Origin: an uncultured Candidatus Saccharibacteria bacterium
Lineage (GTDB): Bacteria > Patescibacteriota > Doudnabacteria > UBA920
NCBI GenBank assembly: GCA_964416765.1
Contig: CAYQEU010000001.1
Span: 65,675-129,674, forward strand
DNA: 64,000 nucleotides
Reading direction: 5' to 3'
The position numbers and the translations under genes are program-made. Positions 56,201 through 64,000 of this stretch are shown here, piece after piece. How positions within the stretch are numbered: the first letter of the stretch is position 1; every line of letters begins with the position of its first letter. The notes below the pieces were generated by a model. The model saw only the letters and a list, made by a program, of their open reading frames with translations, was not told the DNA's origin and made no database searches.

Positions 56201-56829
56201 ACATGCTCAAGGAAGTTAACCAGAGCGGATGGGTTGCGACTGTCCCGGTTGACCCGGCAAGCTTTACCGTAAACGTAACCTCGGGCACTGATTCAACCGA
56301 ATACAACTTTGGTAACCACTTCAACGGCAATGGCGGCGGAGGTGGCGGCGGAGGAGGACTTCCCCCAGCGCCTCCAGGTGGAACTGGCGGTAATGGTGGC
56401 AATGGAGGAAATGGAAATCCTGGCAACCCAGGTAACGGCGGTACTAATCCTCCAGGGTTAGTACTGGGCGATAATACCGGCAATGGCGGTAACGGTGGAA
56501 CTGGCGGTAATGGCGGAACCGGTAACATTGGTACCGGCGGTGCTTTCTCTAATAACGGCGGCACAGGCAACGGTGGAACTGGCGGTAATGGTGGACAAGG
56601 CCAGGTATTGGGTGCCAGCACGGACCAGCCTCAGGTAGCACAGGCCGACCAAGGCCAGGTTGAAGGCGATTCTACCAGCAACGATTCAAATGGAAACCAG
56701 AACTCCAATAATAGCAACACAAACCACAACGCTTGGTGGTGGTGGCTGCTCCTGCTCCTGATCCTGATTGCCCTCTACCTCTGGTGGAGAAATCGCAACA
56801 AGGGTAACGGCAACGGCCCGACTGCATAA
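53233..56829 (+). CDS. Giant secreted protein with six InlB-B-like repeats, two Cna-B/SdrD-B-like domains, a (Gly-Gly-Asn)n linker and a C-terminal Trp-rich TM anchor
   Basis: The signal peptide ends ...PSAALAAN. The repeated module is VTSSPAGINCG..C....N.GT.VTLTA.P..GY.F.GWSG.C......C.V.M...K.VTA.F (six copies). Two copies of a module beginning ISG.KF.D.N..G..D..E...S.W.I.L occur. The C-terminus is NAWWWWLLLLLILIALYLWWRNRNKGNGNGPTA. Confidence 0.8.
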   Translation: MRKIYIAAVFVLTLGLFPSAALAANHTLDLNISGSGTVTSSPAGINCTDDCNHAFNSGTVVTLNAVAASGYMFSGWSGDCSGTGSCVVTLSSTKHVTATFTKVYSLNIAKAGTGSGTVATLDSHINCGSTCTYPNYTFGTWVTLFATPSSGSTFTGWSGGTCSGTSFCLFFLTANTTVTANFSAITRTLSVTSGTGGTVTSSPAGINCGATCSAGFNDSTTVTLTATPNTGYLFTGWSGACSNANGNCVVTMNSNKSVTASFAIATYAMNVGTDGHGTVTSSPAGINCGVACTATYNYGTSVTLTANPDSGYTFAGWSGDCSGTGTCNVSMTATKNVTANFNLIIVINHRTLTVSKTGTGAGLVTSDDGNINCGATCSKDGYNGSDHIALTALADSGSTFTGWSGDCTGMTCSVHMSQNRNVTANFDVSGEPLSPTPITKDATSVTTSDAVLNATNGQLDATGHSFWVSTSPFSTASPSIPSGVYSSPDLGAISANANFSYNLSDITLHGVPGNLPAITPNTHYYFVAWSLVGGTWYPGQQLDFTTAAAGPTYVTVTIAKYVNGSHATAENTNSATFPMQSTWSADNIGSGTGNYSLSTSGFNNPNAYEATTSLMTSGASYTTHETATESCTAAYPFALMGYSTGASLAGAEAAGMSTDAPSLTNITGDQYIIVWNKTCPPAPTHLSPADNSTMTSAALTEIDWTDVTDPAAPIVYYYESSNSSSVKPDGSFTSPVYSSGALSESRISTLGTPNGVYYWHVRAKDSAGNYSSWTSPWKVTVADAPAPVTGSISGSKFLDANANGVWDEGEQALSDWSITLWQPSDSDSEESSGPAGMIMVDSTTTNEDGNYSFTGLANGEYVVCEDLSGPSQITLLLAEIQTPSWFQSFPGEGVDCGDNGFGYGITINTSDEEGTSFTGIDFGNYQLGSISGLKFNDSDQDGVYDSENGEFGLSGWFIQLYDSTGTTLLDTATTDEGGFYSFDQLTPGTYMLKEVNQSGWVATVPVDPASFTVNVTSGTDSTEYNFGNHFNGNGGGGGGGGGLPPAPPGGTGGNGGNGGNGNPGNPGNGGTNPPGLVLGDNTGNGGNGGTGGNGGTGNIGTGGAFSNNGGTGNGGTGGNGGQGQVLGASTDQPQVAQADQGQVEGDSTSNDSNGNQNSNNSNTNHNAWWWWLLLLLILIALYLWWRNRNKGNGNGPTA
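56330..56610 (+). repeat. Imperfect (GGN)n simple-sequence tract inside the giant ORF, encoding a Gly/Asn-rich linker
   Basis: ggcggcggaggtggcggcggaggagga...ggtaatggtggcaatggaggaaatgga...ggcaatggcggtaacggtggaactggcggtaatggcggaacc. The antisense Pro-rich ORF at 56199-56621 is an artefact of this repeat. Confidence 0.8.
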
Positions 56830-56846
56830 TCCGTTTAGATAAAACT

Positions 56847-56872
56847 AAAGCCCCGCGAATGCGGGGCTTTTA
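56847..56872. terminator. Bidirectional terminator between convergent giant-protein genes
   Basis: aaAGCCCCGCgaatGCGGGGCTttt. Confidence 0.8.
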
Positions 56873-56893
56873 AATTAACTGATTATTCCTAAC

Positions 56894-58708
56894 CTAGTTG
56901 GTTATGGCATAAGACCCGGGAACAAACTCCCACGATCCGCCGGGGCCGCTATAGAAGTTTTCACTGACAAGGCCGCTGTCATAAGTTAGGGTAGCGCCGC
57001 CGTCCATGGTAATTTGTTTTGCGGTGATCGCTTTCAAAACCGCGCCGCCGCTTATATGGACGTTACCATTTTGTGCTACCAAAGCCACTGTACCGGAACC
57101 GCCCGAAAGGGAAATGGCGTCGTTGCCGTTGCAGCCCGGCGCCACGGGGCAAGCGCTGGTGGTGATGACAAATGGGTAACTTCCAGCTGTACCGGAACCC
57201 TGAAAATCTGAGCCCCCACTAAGTACTACATATCCGTCTGTTACCAGCACCCCGCTATTGCTGCCATATGAAGAAGCTAATTTAACTTTGCCTCCACTGG
57301 TGATGGTTACACTGCCTTGCACCCAAAGGCTGCCGGTCAGGGTTAATGTGCCGCCACCATTCACGAGCAGGTTGCCGGTGATTTTTTTCGGACCAATGGT
57401 GGCTCCGGCAAAACCAACAGTGTAGTCTCCAGTAATAGTGCCGCCTGCTTCAGCGTCATCTTTCCAGTCCTGGATGTTGTTGTCGGAGAGAGGTAAAGGG
57501 GTGGACGGGGGAGAAGAACGGCTGGTGTCGCAGGATTTGCTTGTAAAGCTGGAAGTTTGGCAGTACAACGGGCCGGTGATAGTTGCTCCCATAACGTTAT
57601 ATGCCCAAGCGACATCGGTCGAAGTCGTTCCGACATATACGCCCGTATTGTAGCTGTTGCCACCAATCATGGAGCTGCCGCCGCCCAAGTAAACCCGGAA
57701 ATAACCATCTAATCCGCTGGGACTCGTTGCCGACCAACTTCCGCCGTAGCTACCGAGCTTTCCTTGTCCATTAGCGTAGCCGTTTGAGTTGGCTCCAATG
57801 ATGTAGTATTTGGTGGAGCTGGTGCTCCCGTCTAATACCACCCAGTATGTTTGGGAGGGGTCGAGTACCGGAGTGGTAGGGAAAGTAGCGCTGACCCAAC
57901 CAAAATTGGTTGTTACCGCAGAAGCGGAGATGGTTCCACTCATGAGCTGGGTATTGCTCGGGCTTCCGGAGTTGTCGGTAACAATGCGAACCGTTAGATT
58001 GCCCGGAGTGCTGACCTTTTTGAGATAAAACGCGATATTATTTAAAGGAGTGGCCGCGGATATCTTAAAACTCTGTGAGAAATCCTGGGTGGCCGCGGCG
58101 TCACCAAAAGTAATGCAGGTGGAACTTGTGCAGGAAGATATAGTTGATGGCACATCATTGGTTTGGTCCGCGACCAGTGCCGGGGGATCGGCGGCAACAG
58201 CACTTCCCGTAATATGGACACCGGTAGTGGCGCTAATGGTGCCATTGGAGTACACATTTCCGTTAATGGTAGAACCGCCGGTTAAGGAGAAACCGCCCGT
58301 TCCGGCCTGAACCCCGTAGCGGAAGGAGATTACTGAAGAGTTTATGCCCACATTGGCACGCACGGTCTTAGAGGTGGTTTTGCCTTTGAACGTTGATGTC
58401 CCTGTTGCCACAATGGCGCGTGTTTGGGAATCGATAGTGGACACGGCAATGGTAACCGTACCGCCTCCAACAGCTGTGTTGGTTTCGCCGGTATAACTAA
58501 GGTTCTGGTTAAGCTTAGACACAGCGATGTCCAGCCCGGCGTCGGCTAGTTGCAACGCTTGTGCGCTGGAAACAGTAGTTCTAGCGCTTTTTACGCTGGT
58601 TGAGACGTACTGCAGTAGTACCGCTGAAAGCGACAAGATGATGGCAAAAAATACAATTACGACGATTGCCACGTAACCATTTTTTTTGAAGGGTAGTTTG
58701 AGCTTCAT
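56894..58708 (-). CDS. Large pilus-associated protein with PilX-N-like N-terminus (putative type IV pilus tip/adhesin component)
   Basis: There is an N-terminal TM segment. LLQYVSTSVKSARTTVSSAQALQLADAGLDIAV resembles the PilX N-terminal domain. The remaining roughly 550 aa are Gly/Ser/Thr-rich beta repeats. Its start abuts the upstream pilin gene, consistent with an operon. Confidence 0.55.
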   Translation of the reverse strand: MKLKLPFKKNGYVAIVVIVFFAIILSLSAVLLQYVSTSVKSARTTVSSAQALQLADAGLDIAVSKLNQNLSYTGETNTAVGGGTVTIAVSTIDSQTRAIVATGTSTFKGKTTSKTVRANVGINSSVISFRYGVQAGTGGFSLTGGSTINGNVYSNGTISATTGVHITGSAVAADPPALVADQTNDVPSTISSCTSSTCITFGDAAATQDFSQSFKISAATPLNNIAFYLKKVSTPGNLTVRIVTDNSGSPSNTQLMSGTISASAVTTNFGWVSATFPTTPVLDPSQTYWVVLDGSTSSTKYYIIGANSNGYANGQGKLGSYGGSWSATSPSGLDGYFRVYLGGGSSMIGGNSYNTGVYVGTTSTDVAWAYNVMGATITGPLYCQTSSFTSKSCDTSRSSPPSTPLPLSDNNIQDWKDDAEAGGTITGDYTVGFAGATIGPKKITGNLLVNGGGTLTLTGSLWVQGSVTITSGGKVKLASSYGSNSGVLVTDGYVVLSGGSDFQGSGTAGSYPFVITTSACPVAPGCNGNDAISLSGGSGTVALVAQNGNVHISGGAVLKAITAKQITMDGGATLTYDSGLVSENFYSGPGGSWEFVPGSYAITN

Positions 58709-58709
58709 G

Positions 58710-59279
58710 TTATTGATTTTGTAAATAGAGGGTTTGCTTTAATTCGTGGCTGGCGGTGGCGTGGCCTTCGGTTGCGCTCATGATGATGTCAACATCAACC
58801 CGGGTGGCGGAGGAAGGGGTGCCATTATCGTAAGTAAATGTTACGGACGAGGCGGTGTCGCTCAATTGTTTGGTAACAGTTTTTCGCGTGCTGGAAGCGT
58901 AAGCGGAAACCTTTTCATAAAGCTTGCCGCTGCTAATATAAAAGACTACATAGTCATATTCACCGCTTATCAGGCTTCCAGAGCTGTCCACCGCCGGCAT
59001 TTTCATAACCAAGTTAGTGGAGTTGCTGGTATAGGTAGTACCTGAGAAAACATAACTGGAAACTACGGCGCTTGCCTGTCGGGCGTAGCTTTGCAGTTCA
59101 TTGCCCGCCTGTGACGCCGATACAAGGACCCGGGCGCTGGTTTGTTGGGCTTGAAATACCTTATTGTAATTATCAAACAGCAGGAACAGCACGCCTACTA
59201 GCAGGGATGCAATCCCGATAGCGACAATCGTTTCGATGAGGGTAAACCCTTTTTGGGCTGGGGGAGTATGGCTCGTCAT
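58710..59279 (-). CDS. Type IV pilin-like protein (minor pilin/pseudopilin)
   Basis: The class III signal is KGFTLIETIVAIGIASLL. The start is taken at MTSHTPPAQ. The longer ORF to 59348 overlaps the upstream gene. Confidence 0.7.
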   Translation of the reverse strand: MTSHTPPAQKGFTLIETIVAIGIASLLVGVLFLLFDNYNKVFQAQQTSARVLVSASQAGNELQSYARQASAVVSSYVFSGTTYTSNSTNLVMKMPAVDSSGSLISGEYDYVVFYISSGKLYEKVSAYASSTRKTVTKQLSDTASSVTFTYDNGTPSSATRVDVDIIMSATEGHATASHELKQTLYLQNQ

Positions 59280-59665
59280 AACCCTCCATTGTTGGCAATC
59301 GCCGTGGTTAAGGTTACAGTTTGGTTTCCTGAGCGGGGACTGTTCCACTGTACCGTTACGACAACCTGTTTAACGGTGGCGGAAAAATCGGTAACGGTGA
59401 GTGACCCGGAACCCGAAGGCAGCTGGTTCAGCTCGGTGGAACTAAAACTTCCGGTTGAGGGGAGGGAGGCATAACCACCCTGTCTCAGTGAATCAATCTC
59501 ATTCTGGGCTATGCGCAGCGCCAGTTCTTCATTGTCGGACTCCCGGGTGAGTGTCAGGTTGTTGGCGGTGCCCTGGTAAAGCAGCGCGATTACCAAGAGC
59601 AAAGCCACGGCTATGATTATCTCCACTATTGAGATTCCGGATTGTGAATTTTGTGTTAGTTTCAT
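59276..59665 (-). CDS. Type IV pilin-like protein (minor pilin/pseudopilin)
   Basis: MKLTQNSQSGISIVEIIIAVALLLVIALL has a prepilin peptidase site G|ISIVE with Glu at +5. Confidence 0.75.
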   Translation of the reverse strand: MKLTQNSQSGISIVEIIIAVALLLVIALLYQGTANNLTLTRESDNEELALRIAQNEIDSLRQGGYASLPSTGSFSSTELNQLPSGSGSLTVTDFSATVKQVVVTVQWNSPRSGNQTVTLTTAIANNGGL

Positions 59666-59796
59666 AAATCTTAAAGCTGCCTAAATTATAACACCTTTTG
59701 CCGGTTTAGTCGGTGGCCAAATATGCGATTTTGTGCTATAATTAATGTAGAAAACTGCCCTGAACGCGAGCAGTAATTCTGTTTTTTGAAACAAAA

Positions 59797-61533
59797 ATGT
59801 CCAACATCGAACTTAACAAACTACTGAAGAAGAAAAAGATCGTAACAGACGATAGTTTGGCCACTCTACAAAGCAATTGGCACGCCGTTAAAGTCCCTAC
59901 TCCCTGGGAAGATTTTTTGGTCGACCAAAAAGTGGTAACCGAAAAGCAACTCCTCGAGCTAAAAGCGGAAGACTTAAAGGTCCCGGTAGTGGATTTGTTC
60001 AATGAGGACATTAAACCTGATGTGTTAAGCCTGGTTCCTGAGCCCATTGCCCACCGGCATAAGATTATTGCTTTTGCCAAAACCAAGGACCAGCTTTCCT
60101 TGGCCATGGTTGACCCAACTGACCTCCAAACCAAGGAATTCATCCAAAAGAAAACCGGTTTGGAAATTGCCGTGTTCCTCATTGGCAAATCTTCTCTGGA
60201 ATACGGCCTGTCCAAGTACCACACCAACCTGGAAGGGGAAATAGACAACCTTGTCACTGAGGGCAAAGACAGCAGTGCCGCGCCGGGAACCCCGGATGAC
60301 TTGTCCAAGATGGCTTCGGAAATTCCGGTAATCCGTGTCGTAGACACTCTTTTGGAATACGCGGTAATTGAAAAAGCTTCCGACATCCACATTGAGCCAC
60401 AGGAAAACTCCGTTGCCGTTCGTTACCGTATTGACGGCGTTTTGCATGACGTGATGACCCTGCCTAAACTGATCCAGCCAGCACTGGTGGCTCGCATCAA
60501 AGTTTTGTCCAACCTTAAAATCGACGAACACCGCTTGCCGCAAGACGGCCGCTTCAAGATTGAGAAAGAAGGGTATAAGTTTTCGTTGCGTGTTTCCACT
60601 ATCCCCATTTTTGACGGTGAAAAAGTCGTTATTCGTCTTTTGGATGAGTCCAGCAAAGCCATGAGCCTGGAACAGCTGGGCTTCCTCGAGAGCCAGCTGG
60701 AAATAGTGACGCGTAACATCAAAAAGCCGCATGGGATGCTTCTGGTAACCGGACCTACCGGCAGTGGTAAGTCAACGTCCCTGTACGCTATCCTCAGTAT
60801 CCTCAACACCAAGAGCGTAAACATTTCGACTATTGAAGATCCGGTTGAATACCGCATCGTGGGTGCTAACCAAATGCAGGTTAACCCGAAAATCGGCTTG
60901 ACGTTCGCCCTGGGGCTGCGCGCTTTGCTCCGCCAGGATCCTAACATCATTATGATTGGGGAAATCCGTGACCGCGAAACCGCGGAGGAAGCCATGCACG
61001 CGGCCATGACCGGTCACATTGTTTTGTCTACTTTGCACACTAACTCAGCTGCCGGGGCGTTGCCGCGTTTGGAAGACATTGGTTTGGAAAGTTATTTGAT
61101 CGCGTCCACCGTTAACGCGGTTATGGCCCAGCGACTGGTCCGGGTCATATGCCCGGATTGTAAAAGCCCGGATAAGCCGACGGCCGACGTGGTGGCAACA
61201 CTGCGAAAGCAATTCGACCTGGAAAAACTGCTGGGAGTAATTACCCGGGAAAACCCTGACATCAAAGCCAAAAAGTTCGAAGATTTGCCCTTCTTCCGGG
61301 GTCACGGCTGTGAAAAATGCAACAACACCGGCTACAAAGGGCGTATTGGCATCCATGAATTGCTGGAGGTTACTCCGGAAATTTCGGAGATGATTGTTAA
61401 GCATTCTACTACTCAGCAAATCCAGGAAGCCGCTGAAGAAAAGGGTATGGTACTGATGTGGGAAGACGGATTTATCAAATGTGTTACCGGAGTAACTACC
61501 ATTGAAGAAGTGCTGCGCGTCAGCAAAGAATAG
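59797..61533 (+). CDS. pilB: Type IV pilus assembly ATPase PilB (GspE family)
   Basis: An N-terminal GSPII_E_N domain is followed by Walker A GPTGSGKST, an Asp box, a His box and the tetracysteine CPDC...CEKC. Confidence 0.9.
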   Translation: MSNIELNKLLKKKKIVTDDSLATLQSNWHAVKVPTPWEDFLVDQKVVTEKQLLELKAEDLKVPVVDLFNEDIKPDVLSLVPEPIAHRHKIIAFAKTKDQLSLAMVDPTDLQTKEFIQKKTGLEIAVFLIGKSSLEYGLSKYHTNLEGEIDNLVTEGKDSSAAPGTPDDLSKMASEIPVIRVVDTLLEYAVIEKASDIHIEPQENSVAVRYRIDGVLHDVMTLPKLIQPALVARIKVLSNLKIDEHRLPQDGRFKIEKEGYKFSLRVSTIPIFDGEKVVIRLLDESSKAMSLEQLGFLESQLEIVTRNIKKPHGMLLVTGPTGSGKSTSLYAILSILNTKSVNISTIEDPVEYRIVGANQMQVNPKIGLTFALGLRALLRQDPNIIMIGEIRDRETAEEAMHAAMTGHIVLSTLHTNSAAGALPRLEDIGLESYLIASTVNAVMAQRLVRVICPDCKSPDKPTADVVATLRKQFDLEKLLGVITRENPDIKAKKFEDLPFFRGHGCEKCNNTGYKGRIGIHELLEVTPEISEMIVKHSTTQQIQEAAEEKGMVLMWEDGFIKCVTGVTTIEEVLRVSKE

Positions 61534-61535
61534 CC

Positions 61536-62747
61536 ATGGCTACATTTACTTACACCGCCGTTAGTAAAGAGGGGACCAGGGAAACTGCCACGATTGAAGC
61601 GAGCAGTTACTTAGCGGCGGGCCACTTGCTCAAGGAGCGCGGATTGCTCCCGGTGGAGCTCGAAGAAAAACACGAGAAGAGCATGATGACGTGGCTGCGG
61701 AATTCCAGCACCGTCCCGTTAAAAGAAAAAATTGCTTTTATTGATGACATGCACCTCATGCTTAAGGCCGGCATTCCAGCACCACGCGCCCTGCGCATCA
61801 TTACCAAACAAAGCAAGAACAAAAAATTCAAAGGGATTCTGGACAATATGGCCAGCATGGTGGAACAGGGAAAAAGTTTGCACGAAGCCCTGGCGGAATA
61901 CCCGAAAGTTTTTTCTAATATTTTTATCGCGATGGTCAGGGTGGGGGAAATGTCCGGTGAACTGGAAGAAAGCCTGAAATACTTGGGCATTCAGCTGGAA
62001 CGTGAGCACGATTTAAAATCCAAAACGCGCGGCGCCATGATTTACCCGTCGGTTATCATCAGCGCCATGGTGCTGGTTGGTATCTTTCTCGCTATTTTTG
62101 TTTTGCCCAGCCTGACCGCGACTTTTAAGGACACCAATACCGAACTCCCGTTGGCTACCCGGATTGTTGTCCATATATCCGATTTTGCCTCCGGCCACCC
62201 GGTTATGATATTCGTAATTTTGGGCGGCTTGATCGTGGGATCCATTGCGGCTTTGAAAACGAAGAAAGGGAAGCGCGGGTTTCACTGGTTCCTGCTCCAC
62301 ATGCCGGTCATAAACCCGATTGTGAAGAAGATTAACCTCGCCAGGTTTTCCCGGATTTTAAGCTCCATGCTGAAGTCCGGAATTTCCATCGTTGAGGGAT
62401 TGCAGGTCACTTCGGACGCGATGGATAATGTATACTATAGGGAAGTTCTGGCCATGACCGCTAATAATGTAAAACTGGGCAAACCGTTGACCGCGGCGTT
62501 GAGCGAAAACCCAAAATTATTTCCGATTATTATCACCCAAATGCTCGAAGTAGGGGAGGAAACCGGCAATATTGAAGAAATTTTGATGCAACTGGCGGAA
62601 AATTTTGAAATGGAAGTCGATGACACCATGAAAAACTTATCTTCCATTATCGAGCCTCTTTTACTGCTGGTAATTGGTGTTGTGGTCGGTTTCCTCGCGC
62701 TCGCGCTCATCAGCCCAATCTATAATATTGGACAAAATATCCAATGA
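61536..62747 (+). CDS. pilC: Type IV pilus platform protein PilC (GspF family)
   Basis: Two T2SSF repeats each have 3 TM. The protein is 403 aa. Confidence 0.9.
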   Translation: MATFTYTAVSKEGTRETATIEASSYLAAGHLLKERGLLPVELEEKHEKSMMTWLRNSSTVPLKEKIAFIDDMHLMLKAGIPAPRALRIITKQSKNKKFKGILDNMASMVEQGKSLHEALAEYPKVFSNIFIAMVRVGEMSGELEESLKYLGIQLEREHDLKSKTRGAMIYPSVIISAMVLVGIFLAIFVLPSLTATFKDTNTELPLATRIVVHISDFASGHPVMIFVILGGLIVGSIAALKTKKGKRGFHWFLLHMPVINPIVKKINLARFSRILSSMLKSGISIVEGLQVTSDAMDNVYYREVLAMTANNVKLGKPLTAALSENPKLFPIIITQMLEVGEETGNIEEILMQLAENFEMEVDDTMKNLSSIIEPLLLLVIGVVVGFLALALISPIYNIGQNIQ

Positions 62748-63808
62748 AGCTGCTCCACTTATTTGAAAAGAAAAAATCTACTTTTGGCCTCCATTTGAAT
62801 GGGACGGCTTTGAAGTTTATCCAACTGGAACCGGAAGGCAACAAAGAAAAGATTGTGGCCTATTCCAACGTTCCGCTACCTCCCAACCTTATTTCCAACG
62901 AAGACATTCTAAACCACGACGGTCTGGTCCGTTTGGTGGAACAAAGTTTGCTGCACCCGCAGTTTGGCAGGCTGACGACTAACCGCGTTGTGTTTAGCAT
63001 CCCGGAATCGAAGTCATTTGTCCGGGTAATTCGCATGACTGCCATGTCGGACACGGAATTGGCCAATGCCGTGTTATTCGAGGCGGAAGCTTACATCCCA
63101 ATGCCCATGGACCAGGTTTATTTTGATTACCAGGTTTTGCGCCAAGACGCGAATGGTATGGACGTGCTGCTGATTGCTTCACCGAAAGAATTCGTGAACA
63201 AGTACATTGATGTACTGGAAGCGGCGCACCTCACAATTGAGGCAATCGAAGTCGAGTCACAAAGCGTGGTGCGCACTCTCGTTCCCAGGGCTGACACAAC
63301 CAACGTCCTTATTGCCGACCTCGACGCTTACAAAACAGCGCTGGTCATGGTGATCAAGGGGAATTTGCAATTCACTTCTTCTATCCCGATCGCGGGGAAT
63401 ATTTTTACTGACCGAATCGCACAGGGTCTGGGCGTTTCAAAAGAACAGGCTGAAGAAATAAAACGGGAACAGGGTGTGATGAACACGGAAGCCTACCCCA
63501 ACATGGAAACTTACTTGCTTCCAGTTGTAAACGACCTTGGCGCGGAAATCAAAAACATCCTGAAGTTCCATTACGAGCACTCAAAGGAGCAGGTAACCGA
63601 GCTGCTGCTTTGCGGCGGCACGGCCAAACTGAAACACATGAACACTTTCCTTGCCAAAGGCATGAATGACATTCCTAATTTCCGGGTCAAGATCGCCGAT
63701 CCATGGCAGCATATTGTTCCCACTGACTTATCGGTTTTAAACTCTTATGAAGCGCTGAGCTTCACCACGGCCATCGGGCTTGCTTTGCGGGGAAGGAGCG
63801 ACAAATAG
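62744..63808 (+). CDS. pilM: Type IV pilus assembly protein PilM (actin-like ATPase)
   Basis: PilM family blocks (FGLHLNGTALKFIQLE, VLLIASPKE, LLLCGGTAKL) are present. Its start overlaps the pilC stop. Confidence 0.85.
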   Translation: MKLLHLFEKKKSTFGLHLNGTALKFIQLEPEGNKEKIVAYSNVPLPPNLISNEDILNHDGLVRLVEQSLLHPQFGRLTTNRVVFSIPESKSFVRVIRMTAMSDTELANAVLFEAEAYIPMPMDQVYFDYQVLRQDANGMDVLLIASPKEFVNKYIDVLEAAHLTIEAIEVESQSVVRTLVPRADTTNVLIADLDAYKTALVMVIKGNLQFTSSIPIAGNIFTDRIAQGLGVSKEQAEEIKREQGVMNTEAYPNMETYLLPVVNDLGAEIKNILKFHYEHSKEQVTELLLCGGTAKLKHMNTFLAKGMNDIPNFRVKIADPWQHIVPTDLSVLNSYEALSFTTAIGLALRGRSDK

Positions 63809-64000
63809 ATGCGGATCATCAACCTTCTACCCAAGCAAAAACAGGAAGAATTGCACTACGAAGCGCTCTACCACAGCCTGCTGACCGCCGCCGTTTTTGG
63901 CGTCGTTACCATGATGGCAGTAGTACTATTGGATGTCGGCCTTGGGGTGTATTTGCAGAACCAGGAGAAAGCGGTATCCGTCCAAATTGAGCAGGTAAAG
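63808..64000 (+). CDS. pilN: PilN, N-terminal fragment (3' end outside the window)
   Basis: MRIINLLPKQKQEE... is followed by a TM helix, the typical PilN N-terminus. Its start overlaps the pilM stop. Confidence 0.7.

Noticed and set aside
56199-56621. Pro-rich 140-aa minus-strand ORF
   Set aside because: It is the antisense translation of the (GGN)n tract (GGN read in reverse gives Pro-rich codons) and is not a gene.
60025-61007. Minus-strand ORFs (235 and 194 aa) antisense to pilB
   Set aside because: They lie embedded in the conserved GspE ATPase gene and are artefacts of stop-poor antisense frames.
1-64000. CRISPR arrays, IS elements, integrases or prophage genes
   Set aside because: No direct-repeat/spacer periodicity, transposase or integrase-like ORFs, or phage structural genes were seen on either strand.

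Overview
This is a 64-kb, gene-dense bacterial window of about 50% GC with small genes and few biosynthetic functions. It is consistent with a small-genome Patescibacteria/CPR-like organism, which is inference only. Most of it is housekeeping (dnaJ, topA, dprA, pth, der, lepB, rpsU, ftsA-ftsZ, nrdR-nrdJ, cobO, hisS, comEC, ndk, rel, mutM, groES-groEL, rpmF, nusB, hup), with three tRNAs (Lys, Trp, Pro). The final 7 kb carry a type IV pilus cluster: three pilin-like genes on one strand and pilB-pilC-pilM-pilN on the other. I can support these accessory or unusual elements:
- A 970-aa orphan protein beside tRNA-Lys with GHKL-ATPase-like and HExxHx5H zincin-like motifs.
- A His-codon leader-peptide attenuator directly upstream of hisS.
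- A paired NrdR-box operator overlapping a consensus promoter for nrdR-nrdJ, with a corrinoid adenosyltransferase gene just downstream.
- A perfect CIRCE element before groES.
- A degenerate HisRS paralog.
- A translationally coupled three-gene nucleotidyltransferase cassette.
- A low-GC islet (cupin plus NYN nuclease) next to two tRNAs.
- Two giant secreted repeat proteins (about 1165 aa and 1198 aa) flanking a TPR/AbrB/MacAB-type efflux module. The second has a (GGN)n tract and an unusual C-terminal Trp-rich anchor.
- Two promoter-plus-terminator-bounded candidate small RNAs.
I found no CRISPR array, transposase or prophage.
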